Below are positions 1-9,790 of a stretch of DNA of 64,000 bases, one piece after another (the stretch's first letter is position 1; each line of letters opens with the position of its first letter). The position numbers and the translations under genes were made by a program. Below the pieces are notes generated by a model that did not search any database, was not told where the DNA came from, and saw nothing but the letters and a program-made list of their open reading frames with translations. The DNA lies in NCBI GenBank assembly GCA_964603615.1, contig CAZRVU010000002.1, forward strand, positions 9,677-73,676, read 5' to 3'. The DNA comes from an uncultured Desulfovibrionaceae bacterium. Its GTDB lineage: Bacteria > Bacillota > Dethiobacteria > DTU022 > UBA8154.

Positions 1-921
1 ATAGTCTAGAAGACTGCCGGCCAGCACCTGGGCATTTTTTAGGACCTGTTCCTGGTAAAGCACAAATTCCTCCCCTTGGGCCTCTTTAAAGGCAACTGCC
101 TTGCCTGCAATAGCGTGCACTAAAGGCCCTCCCTGGATCCCCGGGAAAACAGCCCGGTCTATAGCTTTTGCATATTTTTCACGACAAAGGATAAGCCCCC
201 CCCGCGCACCCCGCAAAGTCTTATGAGTGGTGCTGGTCACAAATTCAGCATGAGGCAGCGGATTGGGATGCAAACCGGCAGCAACCAAACCTGCAATATG
301 CGCCATGTCAACCATCAGGTAAGCGTTAATCTCCCGGGCAATGGCTGCAAAAGCTGCAAAATCAATTTTGCGGGGATAAGCACTCGCCCCGGCAATAATG
401 AGGCGCGGCCTGTATTTATCCGCCAAAAATTTTACTTCTTCCAGATCGATATAGCCCGTTTCAGGATCCAGCCCGTAGCTTTGAAAAGAATAATAATGCC
501 CGGAAAAATTGACCGGGCTGCCATGTGTCAGGTGCCCGCCATGAGCCAGGCTCATGCCTAATAATAGATCGCCCGGCTGCAGGCAAGCAAAATAAACAGC
601 CATATTGGCTGTGGCTCCTGCATGAGGCTGGACATTGGCGTGTTCCGCCCCAAAAAGTTTTTTGGCCCGCTCAATGGCCAATGATTCAATCACATCCACA
701 AACTCACATCCGCCATAATAGCGCTTGCCGGGATAACCCTCAGCATATTTGTTGGTCAATACCGAACCCTGCGCTGAAAGCACACCTCTGCTGGCGTAAT
801 TTTCGGAGGCAATCATCTCAATTTTCCCCTGTTGCCGCCGGATCTCTTGCTCTATCGCCCGTGCTACCTGAGGGTCTATTCTCGCCAAAAAACTACTACC
901 GCTACACTCTTCTATGGGCAT
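1..921 (-). CDS. glyA: Serine hydroxymethyltransferase (N-terminal ~307 aa; C-terminus runs off the window start)
   Basis: Minus-strand translation gives MPIEECSGS...IASENYAS...[20 protein letters not shown]...[11 protein letters not shown]...[15 protein letters not shown], the hallmark SHMT motifs. ATG is at 921. The listed plus-strand ORFs here are antisense artefacts. Confidence 0.9.
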   Translation of the reverse strand, partial: MPIEECSGSSFLARIDPQVARAIEQEIRRQQGKIEMIASENYASRGVLSAQGSVLTNKYAEGYPGKRYYGGCEFVDVIESLAIERAKKLFGAEHANVQPHAGATANMAVYFACLQPGDLLLGMSLAHGGHLTHGSPVNFSGHYYSFQSYGLDPETGYIDLEEVKFLADKYRPRLIIAGASAYPRKIDFAAFAAIAREINAYLMVDMAHIAGLVAAGLHPNPLPHAEFVTSTTHKTLRGARGGLILCREKYAKAIDRAVFPGIQGGPLVHAIAGKAVAFKEAQGEEFVLYQEQVLKNAQVLAGSLLDY

Positions 922-1010
922 GGTCAGGCCTGATTTACGATCTAAACCAGGCACACCTCTCTTTCTTCATGAATTAGCTGCTACTTTTCCCCCGGCTGGA
1001 AAAATTCCTG

Positions 1011-1460
1011 TTATCCCCGGGCTTGTTCTTCCAATTGTTTAATTTTTTCCACCCTTATCAAGTGCCGCCCGCCCTCAAAAGGGGTCTTCAAAAAAATGTT
1101 GACGATCTCGCAGGCCAACTCTTTCTGCAAAATCCTGGCACCCAAAGTCAAAATATTGATATCGTTATGCGCCCTGGCATAATGGGCAGAGAACAAATCA
1201 TTGCATGGTGCCGCACGGATCCCCCGTAGCTTGTTGGCAACAATCGCCATACCAAGGCCCGTACCGCAAACCAAGATACCACGGGTAAATTCACCCTGCT
1301 GCACGGCACGTGCCACCCGGCAAGCAGGATCCGGGTAATCTACGGGCTCCGGATCATACGGGCCCATATCGACACAAGGTATTTCTTTTTCCGCCAGGAA
1401 ATCCTTGATATCCTCTTTTAACACATAACCGGCATGATCGGCAGCCAAAACAACTTCCAA
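1011..1460 (-). CDS. rpiB: Ribose-5-phosphate isomerase B
   Basis: 149 aa, starts MEVVLAADHAGYVLKEDI and contains GILVCGTGLGMAIVANK, typical RpiB/LacAB. Synteny ywlE-rpiB-glyA as in Bacillus. Confidence 0.9.
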   Translation of the reverse strand: MEVVLAADHAGYVLKEDIKDFLAEKEIPCVDMGPYDPEPVDYPDPACRVARAVQQGEFTRGILVCGTGLGMAIVANKLRGIRAAPCNDLFSAHYARAHNDINILTLGARILQKELACEIVNIFLKTPFEGGRHLIRVEKIKQLEEQARG

Positions 1461-1545
1461 TGTTTAGCTCTCCTTTATTCTAGTGAACTTATCCTTATCT
1501 AAAAGGTTCGCTTTGCTTATATTTATTTCCTGCGGCTACTTAACA

Positions 1546-2064
1546 TTATTCTTTTTTTTCCTGTTCTTTTTCATCATTGCCTGCAATAGGATCCCAACGC
1601 TTTACAATTTTGTCTAAAGCTTCCCTAATCTCCACGGCAGCCTTGCGATAGGCAGTCAGGCCCTCCTCAAAAGGATCGGAGATCTCCGCACTGCTTCCAT
1701 CGGCATACTCTTTTAAAAGCCATACCTTTTCTTCCGCTTCCGGATAGTGTTTCAAAAGGTAATCCTTTTGCCCGTGGGTCATCGTAAAAATGTACTGGGC
1801 TTGCCCTACCAAATCCGGTGTTATCTTATTGGAGCGGTGCCCGCTAAAATCGATCCCGTAGCTGCGCAGTACCAACAAAGCTTCCTCACTGGCCCTCAAC
1901 CCCTTGATCGTCGATACCCCCGCAGATAAAACCTCTACCTGCTTATCTTCCTTTGAAACCGTTTCCCACATTTCCTCCAAAAAAGCTTTGGCTAAAACGC
2001 TGCGGCACGTATTGCCTGTACATACAAAAAGCACATTGAGCTTACGGTTCATCTTTCCACCCAC
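1546..2064 (-). CDS. Low-molecular-weight protein tyrosine/arginine phosphatase (YwlE-like)
   Basis: P-loop CTGNTCRS near the N-terminus (VLFVCTGNTCRSVLA); 172 aa; sits between tsaC and rpiB as ywlE does. Confidence 0.8.
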   Translation of the reverse strand: MGGKMNRKLNVLFVCTGNTCRSVLAKAFLEEMWETVSKEDKQVEVLSAGVSTIKGLRASEEALLVLRSYGIDFSGHRSNKITPDLVGQAQYIFTMTHGQKDYLLKHYPEAEEKVWLLKEYADGSSAEISDPFEEGLTAYRKAAVEIREALDKIVKRWDPIAGNDEKEQEKKE

Positions 2065-2086
2065 CTTCTTTCTATTCCCTTTCCGC

Positions 2087-3205
2087 TTACATAATTTTTG
2101 TCGCGGCCTTCCGCAAGCGGTTCATAACCGCCCGCCCGATATCCTCCTCTTCAAAACCCTCCACCACAATCACATCCACACCGCTAACTTCCATTTTGCG
2201 CAGGACGCCAAAAAGCCGTTCCGCTGCGCCGCGGGGATCTTTGCGTGAACTCAAGACTTCTACCAACGGCCGGGGGGTAAAAGATACGGCTGGAGATGTA
2301 CTTTGGAAAAGAAAAAGGTCCTGCGACTCTGCAAAGGAAACGATTCCGACCTCGTGGCCCTCCGCCATTAGATTTTTACAGAGGGCAGTTAAGCGCCGTC
2401 CTTGTTCAGGCCCCGCCCCTTCCACCAAATAAAGGGGAATAGAGGGGGCATAATGTTTGTATTTCATGCCCGGCGAAGGAGAGGCACCTTCAAAATCATC
2501 TTTTTTTTCGCCCTGTCTACTAAAATCGAGGATTTTCCCACCAAACGTTTCTTCCAATTTTGCCAGGCTGATTCCCCCCGGGCGCAATAAAACCGGTGGG
2601 GATGATAACAGGCTGAGCACAGTTGATTCTATCCCAATTTTACAGGATCCCCCGTCGAGCACTGCCGCAATTTGGCCGCCGAGATCTTTCACTACATGCT
2701 CCGCTAAAGTGGGACTGGGACGCCCGGATAGGTTGGCGCTGGGCGCGGCCAAGGGAAACCCTGTTGCCCGGATCAATTTTAAAGCCAGGGGGTGCGCCGG
2801 GACGCGCACAGCCACGGAAGAAAGACCTGCCGTAACAATATCCGGAACAATCTCTTTTTTAGGAAGGATTAGCGTTAAAGGGCCGGGCCAAAAATGCCGC
2901 GCCAGCCGGATGGCCTCCGGCGGCATATTCTCTACCAGTTCACCAGCCTGCTTTAAACCTGTAACGTGGACGATCAGGGGATTATCCGCCGGCCTCCTTT
3001 TAACCTTAAAAATCCTATCTACGGCCTCCGGATCGAGCGCATTGGCTCCTAAACCGTAAACCGTTTCTGTGGGAAAGGCAACCAGCCTCCCTTTTTGTAG
3101 AAAGCTTGCGGCAACCTGCAAAGCCTTTCTTTCTTCTTCCTGCGTAGGGCCTGCCCGGAGAAAAACGGTTCCTTTAATTTGCGGCCATAAAAAAGGCAAG
3201 ATCAC
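2087..3205 (-). CDS. tsaC: L-threonylcarbamoyladenylate synthase (Sua5/TsaC type with C-terminal Sua5 domain)
   Basis: YrdC motif LVAFPTETVYGLGANAL..NPLIVHV plus a ~150-aa C-terminal Sua5 extension; 372 aa. Confidence 0.85.
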   Translation of the reverse strand: MILPFLWPQIKGTVFLRAGPTQEEERKALQVAASFLQKGRLVAFPTETVYGLGANALDPEAVDRIFKVKRRPADNPLIVHVTGLKQAGELVENMPPEAIRLARHFWPGPLTLILPKKEIVPDIVTAGLSSVAVRVPAHPLALKLIRATGFPLAAPSANLSGRPSPTLAEHVVKDLGGQIAAVLDGGSCKIGIESTVLSLLSSPPVLLRPGGISLAKLEETFGGKILDFSRQGEKKDDFEGASPSPGMKYKHYAPSIPLYLVEGAGPEQGRRLTALCKNLMAEGHEVGIVSFAESQDLFLFQSTSPAVSFTPRPLVEVLSSRKDPRGAAERLFGVLRKMEVSGVDVIVVEGFEEEDIGRAVMNRLRKAATKIM

Positions 3206-3386
3206 ACCCCCGGTGAAACTTTCTCTTTATATTATCATATAAACCTTTTTTTTGATATAATCACTTCGTGCGGAAAAGGGCTGACTACCGCTTATAAAAA
3301 AAACAGGCCTGCCAGAAGTAAAACATTTTGGCTGACCCTTGACATACGAAAAACAGGAAAATATTTCATAAAAACATTTTATAAAT

Positions 3387-4967
3387 CTAGAACCCGTCGG
3401 TGACCACCTGTGCCAGGTTTACAGCATGATCGGCCACCCTTTCCAGGTTGCTTAAAATATCCAAATAAACAACGCCCGCCTGTGGAACACATTCCCGGCG
3501 ATTAACCCGATCGATATGGTTTTTTCTTAAAATACGCTCGCGTTCGTCCACATTATTATCCCGCTTGATGACCTTCCTGGCTTCTTTAATACTCTCCCCT
3601 ATTAATGCCGCAATTGCTTCCCCTAACATCACGTCCACTTCTTCAAAAAAACTATAGATCTCTTCCTTGGCCTTGGCGGTAAATGGAAGCTTGTCTTCAA
3701 TAACCATTTCGGAAAGATAGACAATATTGCAGGCATGATCGCCAATCCGCTCCAAATCGTTGGCCGCACTCATCACGCCAGAGATAATCGTAGATTGCTG
3801 GTGGTTTAAGGAATGCTGCGATAACTCCCTAAGGTAAACATTGATCTCCTTTTCCAGGCTATCAACCAACTCCTCCATTTGTAAAAGCTGGGGCATTTTT
3901 TTAAGGTTATTATTACAAAAAACGTCCATCGCTCCCTTAACCATCTCCCGGGACATATTGGCCATCCGGATCAACTCCATCCTGCTGGCCTCGATCGCTG
4001 CTGCGGGAGCCTTTAGCATTCTTTTATCCAGATATTTGGGACCCAGGTCCAACGCAGGTTCTTCCCCGGGCACAGCCCACTGCACAAAATAGACAAAATA
4101 TTTAAAGAAAGGAAAGATAACGATCGTATTTAAAACGTTAAAAAGTGTATGTGCATTGGCTACCTGCCGGACAATAGTGGGAGAAGTATATAAAACAAGT
4201 GCCGTAAAAGGTTTCAGAAAAATAAGCGCAAGGATTATACCGCTGATATTAAAGATAACATGCGAAAAAGCAGCCCTTTTTGCCGATAAGGAGGTCCCCA
4301 TGCTCGCTAAAACCACTATAATACAGGTTCCAAGGTTCGTTCCTAGAACTATAGGAATGGCAGCCTCCAGGGTTAATAAGTTCTGCAAAGTAAGAGCCAC
4401 CGCAATACCTGTTACGGCACTACTGCTTTGAATTAAAGCTGTAAACAAAGCGGCACAAAAAATGCCTAGCAAAGGCTGTCTACTGAACCTCACCAATAAA
4501 TTGATGAAAAAAGCGTTATTCCTAAGTGGAAGCATCGCCTCGGACATGATCTGCATCCCTAAGAACAAAAGCCCGAGGCCGAGGATCGTCTGGCCTAAAT
4601 AGCGGTAGAGTTTACGGCGTCCAAAGTAATTTAAAAGCCCGCCCAGGCCAATACAAGGTGCAATCAACAGTTCAAATCTAAAAGAAACAATCTGGGCCGT
4701 AACAGTCGTCCCAATGTTCGCTCCCATAATAGCACCAATGGCTTGCGATAAACTCATCAAACCAGCATTGACAAAACCTACGAGCATAACCGTGGTTGTG
4801 CCGCTGCTTTGAATCAGGACCGTTACGGCTATACCCGTTAATACCCCGATAATTGGCTTTCCAGTTAAAACCTCCAAAATACGCCTTAATTTTTCCCCGG
4901 CAACCTTCTGCATCCCCGAAGCCATCATCTGAATACTATAAAGAAATAGCCCCAGGCCACCAAACAT
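3387..4967 (-). CDS. Na+/phosphate cotransporter family protein with C-terminal PhoU-like domain
   Basis: 526 aa; N-terminal multi-TM region matches NptA-type Na/Pi cotransporters (LIQSSGTTTVMLVGFVNAG, a repeated QSSSA motif); C-terminal soluble PhoU-like repeats. Confidence 0.8.
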   Translation of the reverse strand: MFGGLGLFLYSIQMMASGMQKVAGEKLRRILEVLTGKPIIGVLTGIAVTVLIQSSGTTTVMLVGFVNAGLMSLSQAIGAIMGANIGTTVTAQIVSFRFELLIAPCIGLGGLLNYFGRRKLYRYLGQTILGLGLLFLGMQIMSEAMLPLRNNAFFINLLVRFSRQPLLGIFCAALFTALIQSSSAVTGIAVALTLQNLLTLEAAIPIVLGTNLGTCIIVVLASMGTSLSAKRAAFSHVIFNISGIILALIFLKPFTALVLYTSPTIVRQVANAHTLFNVLNTIVIFPFFKYFVYFVQWAVPGEEPALDLGPKYLDKRMLKAPAAAIEASRMELIRMANMSREMVKGAMDVFCNNNLKKMPQLLQMEELVDSLEKEINVYLRELSQHSLNHQQSTIISGVMSAANDLERIGDHACNIVYLSEMVIEDKLPFTAKAKEEIYSFFEEVDVMLGEAIAALIGESIKEARKVIKRDNNVDERERILRKNHIDRVNRRECVPQAGVVYLDILSNLERVADHAVNLAQVVTDGF

Positions 4968-5178
4968 GCCGGCAATTAAAAGCCAGATCTCCAGGGTAAT
5001 CCCCCCATCTTACAAGTCAATCAACCTTTTAGAAACTCTTCATTATAAAAGAATTCTCGATCCCTTATTTCATTTCCTTTATAAAGAGACTAAAAAGCAC
5101 ATGAAACGATAATTTCGTAATCTTTAAAAGGGTGTGAATGTTTATACATCGACCGGCAGATTCGTTTATTTTATAATC

Positions 5179-5356
5179 TGATTCTACTGCATAAACTCTA
5201 TTTGCCAGGCATTCGCTGCAATCAGCATCCCTTCGACTGACTATTTTTTGCCCGGGCCTAATTGAATGTCCTCTTCAAAAGGCCCTAAAATGGCGTCCTG
5301 CCATTTTAGCTTCAAAATTGTGGCGTCTTCATGGGCTGATTTTTACAGCTACCGCC
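5179..5356 (+). repeat. MITE-like repeat, copy A (3'-truncated, ~178 bp)
   Basis: Begins TGATTCTACTGC and is near-identical to the copies at 51181, 52357 and 53294 through ...GATTTTTACAGCTACCGCC. It lacks the last ~50 bp and ends within 8 bp of the spoIIR stop codon. Confidence 0.75.
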
Positions 5357-6287
5357 GCCTCTTTTTCGTTATAACATCCCACAACCAGAAGCGCCACTTG
5401 TATGACGGTTTTTCCTGCTCGACGAGATCAACACTGTCTTTTTTTTGCGCTTTTTTACTGTTTTTTTTACCTGCGGCAGCAGGAGCATAATCTGCTCCAG
5501 TGTTTTTCCCACCGGCAGAACCGCCCGTAAGCAAGCCCTCCTGCTTGCCATCTTCCTGTTTTTGTTCTTCATCTCCCGTAACCAAAGGGGAAATAGAACT
5601 AAAACACAACGGGGGGAAAAGCACACACCACCAGTTTTCCCCGCGTCCCTCCCCCATGATCAGATAAAGAGCTGTGTACTCGCCTGCCGGGAAGAGCCTC
5701 CCTTCATAGCAACGGGCCGGGAAAACATCGCGGCTTAACGAGGCCTCTACATCGTATGCACATCCATAATCCCGCATGATTTCCCGGGCCACCTCTTCCA
5801 GCGCGACCCTATTTTCTGTTAAAAAGTGGGCTAATTCGTCACTGTTCCGGCAATTGCTCCATTCCTGCTGGTAATGAACAAGCACTCTTTGCGCCACTAA
5901 ATTTTTAATTTCTTGATCCCGCGGGGAGTTACTGTGAGCACGAACATGAAAACGAAGCATATCTTGCGTTTGGATCTGCTGGGCGTGCGAATAACCTGCA
6001 CACCCTAAATTGCTAGCGTTTGGCCCGCTAGCGCTTTGTTTAGAACAACAATCCGGAGCGCCTTCCATACGGTTGCCGGGCAGACTTCTTTCCATCCCCC
6101 GGGGCACCTGTAACAGGTCAACAGTAAATTGTTGCCCCGTTAAAAATGTTAACCTGCCCGGTAGGCAAAAGGTTTTTAGGGCAACAAGAACAAGAACAAG
6201 CATAAAAACAGTAAACGCCCATCCTTTATTTCTCCAGATAGAAAGCAAATATCTTGCTTTTGCCAATAATTGCTTATAAATACGCAT
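5349..6287 (-). CDS. spoIIR: Stage II sporulation protein R (start codon uncertain; true start likely internal near 6203)
   Basis: LRFHVRAHSNSPRD, FPAGEYTALYLIMGEGRGENWWCVLFPPLCF and a K/E-rich tail ending WRFWLWDVI match B. subtilis SpoIIR (RILANSDSDQD, ANWWCVLFPPLCF, tail ending HFFLFDWI). Confidence 0.85.
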   Translation of the reverse strand: MRIYKQLLAKARYLLSIWRNKGWAFTVFMLVLVLVALKTFCLPGRLTFLTGQQFTVDLLQVPRGMERSLPGNRMEGAPDCCSKQSASGPNASNLGCAGYSHAQQIQTQDMLRFHVRAHSNSPRDQEIKNLVAQRVLVHYQQEWSNCRNSDELAHFLTENRVALEEVAREIMRDYGCAYDVEASLSRDVFPARCYEGRLFPAGEYTALYLIMGEGRGENWWCVLFPPLCFSSISPLVTGDEEQKQEDGKQEGLLTGGSAGGKNTGADYAPAAAGKKNSKKAQKKDSVDLVEQEKPSYKWRFWLWDVITKKRRR

Positions 6288-6294
6288 TGCTTAT

Positions 6295-7137
6295 TTACCA
6301 CTCCCCGGCTAGCGAATTCTTTTGGTCTTCTGCCTGCAATTTAGCGCCCTCCGGCCCCTGGTAATATTCACGTATAAAGAGCAAAGCCGCTTTCTCTATT
6401 CTGGATATCTGCGCCTGGGAGATACCCACTAGCCTGGCTACTTCCATCTGGGTTTTTCCCTGAAAAAAACGGGCCGAAATAATAAATCTTTCCCTTGCAT
6501 CCAGTCTCGCCAGGGCCTCTTTTAGGGCGATCCTTTCCAGCCAGCTCTCATCTTCATTGAGCATATCCGGCAAAAGATCGATAATCTGCAAAGGATCTGT
6601 GCTGTCATTAAAAACCGGTTCGAAGAAAGATACGGGTTCTGCATTGGCATTATAGACAAAAACAATCTCCTCCGGAGTTAAGTCCACTTCCCCGGCCAAC
6701 TCTCCCAAGGTGGGCTCTCTTTGATTTTTTTGTAAATAGCTGTCGCGAACACTTTGAATTTTTTGAGCCATATTTTTCAGCGAGCGACTGATATGAATAA
6801 AATTATTATCCCGCAGGTGGCGTTTAATTTCCCCTATAATCATGGGAACAGCATAGGTAGAGAAATTTACACCGTGTTCCAAAGAAAAATTGTCAATGGC
6901 CTTCATTAAACCAATACAGCCGATTTGGAAAAGATCATCCATGTTTTCATTGCGATAGGTAAATTTTTTCAATACGCTTAACACCAATTTTAAATTACCT
7001 TTAATTAGCTCTTCCCTTATGCCTGTTTCACCGTCCGCTAACCTTTGAAAATAAACTTTCATCTGCTCCCAGGGTATGGTCGGCAGGTCACAGGTTTGCA
7101 CGCCGCTGATCTTTACTTTTTTAAAATATTTAGGCAT
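6295..7137 (-). CDS. Sporulation sigma factor, SigF/SigG family (closest to SigG)
   Basis: 280 aa. VKISGVQTCDLP, DLFQIGCIGLMKAIDNF, STYAVPMIIGEIKRHLRDNN, EPVSFFEPVFNDSTDP and RFFQGKTQMEVARLVGISQAQISRIEK are nearly identical to B. subtilis SigG regions 2-4. Strong RBS GGGGGAGG upstream. Confidence 0.85.
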   Translation of the reverse strand: MPKYFKKVKISGVQTCDLPTIPWEQMKVYFQRLADGETGIREELIKGNLKLVLSVLKKFTYRNENMDDLFQIGCIGLMKAIDNFSLEHGVNFSTYAVPMIIGEIKRHLRDNNFIHISRSLKNMAQKIQSVRDSYLQKNQREPTLGELAGEVDLTPEEIVFVYNANAEPVSFFEPVFNDSTDPLQIIDLLPDMLNEDESWLERIALKEALARLDARERFIISARFFQGKTQMEVARLVGISQAQISRIEKAALLFIREYYQGPEGAKLQAEDQKNSLAGEW

Positions 7138-7269
7138 AATTTACCTCCCCCGGATAAAAGTACCTTCTATACTGTAGTATGCACTATATTTCCATTTTTT
7201 AGACATTGAAAAGTGTGTTATAATATGTGGTAGGGATCTTAGCGGTAAAAAAACTGGGGGTTGTTGCCG

Positions 7270-7689
7270 ATGCCTGAACTCGTCCGTTTTGGGGTTTCAA
7301 TAAGTGCAGGGCTGTTAGAATCATTCGATAAAATTATTGAAAAAAAAGGTTATCACAGCCGCTCAGAAGCAATTCGCGATTTGATTCGCAACCAACTTGT
7401 GAAAATGGAATGGGAGAGCGAAGACGAAGAAGTGGCCGGCACCATAACACTGGTCTACGACCATCATGTACGGGGGTTAAGTAACCTGCTTTTAGAGGTC
7501 CAACATGATTACCATGATTTAATTCTTTCCACCATGCACCTGCACCTGGATCACCACAACTGCCTGGAAGTGCTGGCCATTCAAGGGATAAATAAAAAAA
7601 TCAGGGAAATAGCCGAACGCCTAATCAGCATTAAAGGCGTTAAGCACGGACAGTTAACCATTACTTCTACCGGTAAAAACCTGCCCTAA
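7270..7689 (+). CDS. nikR: Nickel-responsive transcriptional regulator NikR
   Basis: N-terminal ribbon-helix-helix ([14 protein letters not shown]) plus a C-terminal metal-binding domain with His/Cys cluster ([22 protein letters not shown]), as in E. coli NikR. The ORF opens at 7261; 7270 is preferred as the start. Confidence 0.8.
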   Translation: MPELVRFGVSISAGLLESFDKIIEKKGYHSRSEAIRDLIRNQLVKMEWESEDEEVAGTITLVYDHHVRGLSNLLLEVQHDYHDLILSTMHLHLDHHNCLEVLAIQGINKKIREIAERLISIKGVKHGQLTITSTGKNLP

Positions 7690-7706
7690 TTTTTGCTCAC
7701 CCGGCG

Positions 7707-8597
7707 CTACTTCCGGCCACTAAAAGTCACAACCCGTTCCTGGCCGGCCAGATCTGGCACAATTTCAGCTTTGGCAAACCCGGCCTGATACCCCAGAGCT
7801 AGAACATCTGCAGCTTGATTGTTTCCTACCTCCAAAGCCAATAATCCCGGCGAAAAGAGTGTCTCCTGCACAAAAGAAAAAATTGTGCGATAAACATCCA
7901 GCCCGTCTTCTCCCCCATCGAGGGCCAAGCGGGGTTCTTTTTGTACTGCGGGAGGTAAAAAAGGCAGCTCTGAACGGGGAATATACGGGGGGTTAGAAGC
8001 AATAGCATAAAAGAGCCGTTTGTTCTGAGCAAAAAAAGCCCCAAAATCACCGCAAAACAGCTCCACGCGGTTTTTTACACCATTTATTTCGGCATTTTGC
8101 CGGGCCAGCTCCAGCGCGGTTGCGCTTCTATCCACCCCTACAACAAAAATTTCGGGCAAATAGTAAGCCAAAGACACGGCAATATTGCCGCAACCCGTCC
8201 CCAAATCGAGAATGTAGAACTGCTGCCCGCCTGACATCCCCATCAAAATACCCCGGCTCCACTGGCAAACCGTCTCCACCAGATGCTCGGTCTCCGGGCG
8301 GGGAATGAGGACCCCTTCTTTTACAAGAAAGGGTAGGCCCATAAATTCTTTTTTTCCTGTAAGGTAGGCAAAAGGAGTGTTTTCGCCGCGCTGCTGCAGC
8401 ATTTTTTCGTACCCGGCTTTTATCTCCAAGGGGAACTCCTCTGCACCGTGAACATAAAGGTAGGTCGTCTCCCTTGCCAGCAAAAAGGCAAGCAGCAACT
8501 CGGCCTCGCGACGTGGTGCGGCGATGCCCTGCCGGCGTAAAAAAGAAGCGGCCTTTCGCAAGGCCTCTTTTATACTACCCATACTATTTTCCTCCAA
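7707..8597 (-). CDS. prmC: Release-factor glutamine N5-methyltransferase PrmC/HemK
   Basis: SAM-binding LDLGTGCGNIAVSLA and catalytic IASNPPYIP (NPPY) motif; directly downstream of prfA. Confidence 0.9.
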   Translation of the reverse strand: MEENSMGSIKEALRKAASFLRRQGIAAPRREAELLLAFLLARETTYLYVHGAEEFPLEIKAGYEKMLQQRGENTPFAYLTGKKEFMGLPFLVKEGVLIPRPETEHLVETVCQWSRGILMGMSGGQQFYILDLGTGCGNIAVSLAYYLPEIFVVGVDRSATALELARQNAEINGVKNRVELFCGDFGAFFAQNKRLFYAIASNPPYIPRSELPFLPPAVQKEPRLALDGGEDGLDVYRTIFSFVQETLFSPGLLALEVGNNQAADVLALGYQAGFAKAEIVPDLAGQERVVTFSGRK

Positions 8598-8599
8598 AT

Positions 8600-9667
8600 T
8601 TACGTGGCATATTTCAATTGTTCGGCCCGTTCATAAGCAATCAAAGCTTCGATAACAGCATCCAAATCGCCATCCAGAACCTGTTCCAAGCGGTGCAGGG
8701 TTAAGCCAATGCGGTGATCGGTGACCCTGTTCTGCGGAAAATTATAGGTACGAATGCGCTCGCTGCGATCCCCGGAGCCAACCTGGCTGCGTCTTTCCTG
8801 TGCTTGTTCCTCCTGCTGATCGGCAATCATTTTTTCCATAAGCCGCGCCCTTAAAACTCGCATGGCTTTTTCACGGTTTTTGAGCTGTGATTTTTCATCC
8901 TGACAAGAAACAATCGTATTCGTAGGGAGATGTGTAATCCGCACTGCAGATTGAGTGGTGTTGACACTTTGACCGCCGGGCCCCGTAGAGCAAAAAGTAT
9001 CAATGCGCAGGTCCTGGGGGTTAATCTTTAATTCAACCTCATCAATTTCCGGCAAGACGGCTACCGTCGCCGCCGAAGTATGGATCCGCCCACCTGATTC
9101 TGTCACAGGAATCCTTTGTACGCGATGCACACCTTTTTCAAATTTTAACTGGCTATAAGCGCCAGGCCCCTTAATGGCAAAAATAATCTCTTTCATCCCG
9201 CCGATATCCGTCGGACTAGAATCCAGAACTTCCATGCCCCACCCCTTACGTTCCGCAAAACGCAGGTACATGCGCAATAAATCTGCAGCGAACAAAGCAG
9301 CCTCTTCACCGCCAGTACCGGCACGTATTTCTATGAGCACATCTTTTTCATCATTAGTATCCTTGGGCAGCAACAGGATCTTTAAATTTTCCTCTAGCTT
9401 CTCTTTCCTAGCTGTAAGTTTGGTAATTTCTTCGCGCAGGTAGAGCTGCATCTCGTTATCCAGCTTTTCCCTGGTCATTTCCCTGGCTTCTGCTAGTTCC
9501 TCTGCTGTTTTACGCCAAAAGCGATAGTTATCCACTAATTCGCCCAGCCCGGCATGCTCCCGTGCATACTTTTGCCATTGTGGCTGATCTTTGATGATCT
9601 CCGGATCACTTAGTTTCTCTTCCAGGAAACCGTAATGAGCCTCCAGGGTTTTTAACCGATCCCACAT
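8600..9667 (-). CDS. prfA: Peptide chain release factor 1
   Basis: 355 aa; GGQ motif ([23 protein letters not shown]) and RF1-type tripeptide region [23 protein letters not shown]. Confidence 0.95.
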   Translation of the reverse strand: MWDRLKTLEAHYGFLEEKLSDPEIIKDQPQWQKYAREHAGLGELVDNYRFWRKTAEELAEAREMTREKLDNEMQLYLREEITKLTARKEKLEENLKILLLPKDTNDEKDVLIEIRAGTGGEEAALFAADLLRMYLRFAERKGWGMEVLDSSPTDIGGMKEIIFAIKGPGAYSQLKFEKGVHRVQRIPVTESGGRIHTSAATVAVLPEIDEVELKINPQDLRIDTFCSTGPGGQSVNTTQSAVRITHLPTNTIVSCQDEKSQLKNREKAMRVLRARLMEKMIADQQEEQAQERRSQVGSGDRSERIRTYNFPQNRVTDHRIGLTLHRLEQVLDGDLDAVIEALIAYERAEQLKYAT

Positions 9668-9790
9668 CGTTTCTTCTACCTCCGCTTACAATTCTATTTA
9701 AAAGGCCGGCGGTTACTTTGCAGAACCAGAATAGACACAGTACCAGACGCGGAAAAGCTTGACAGTGGAGCACTACTTTAGATATGAATT

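Noticed and set aside
223-977. Plus-strand ORFs 223..561 and 525..977 (112 and 150 aa)
   Set aside because: They are antisense to glyA, whose minus-strand translation shows all SHMT motifs. The plus-strand products are low-complexity with no homology features.
2457-3059. 200-aa plus-strand ORF inside tsaC, and similar antisense ORFs within pyrG, walK, murA, CaCA and dnaB (e.g. 19527..19811, 37463..37766, 33356..33745, 13985..14323, 41830..42252)
   Set aside because: All are fully embedded antisense to well-supported conserved genes. Their proteins are Pro/Arg/Ser-rich, typical of GC-rich antisense frames, with no motifs.
5266-5490. ORFs inside the repeat elements (5266..5490, and 52468..52692 starting MASGDFCCKIVASS...)
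   Set aside because: They lie within MITE copies and the 52468 one runs into the real yyaC start. There is no RBS, and the reading frame is not preserved between copies (indels), so these are repeat DNA rather than genes.
5349-5620. Long K/E-rich C-terminal tail of SpoIIR as a MITE-generated fusion
   Set aside because: B. subtilis SpoIIR has the same kind of K/E-rich tail ending in an aromatic HFFLFDWI-like motif (here WRFWLWDVI). The tail is therefore native; only the last few bases near the stop touch the repeat.
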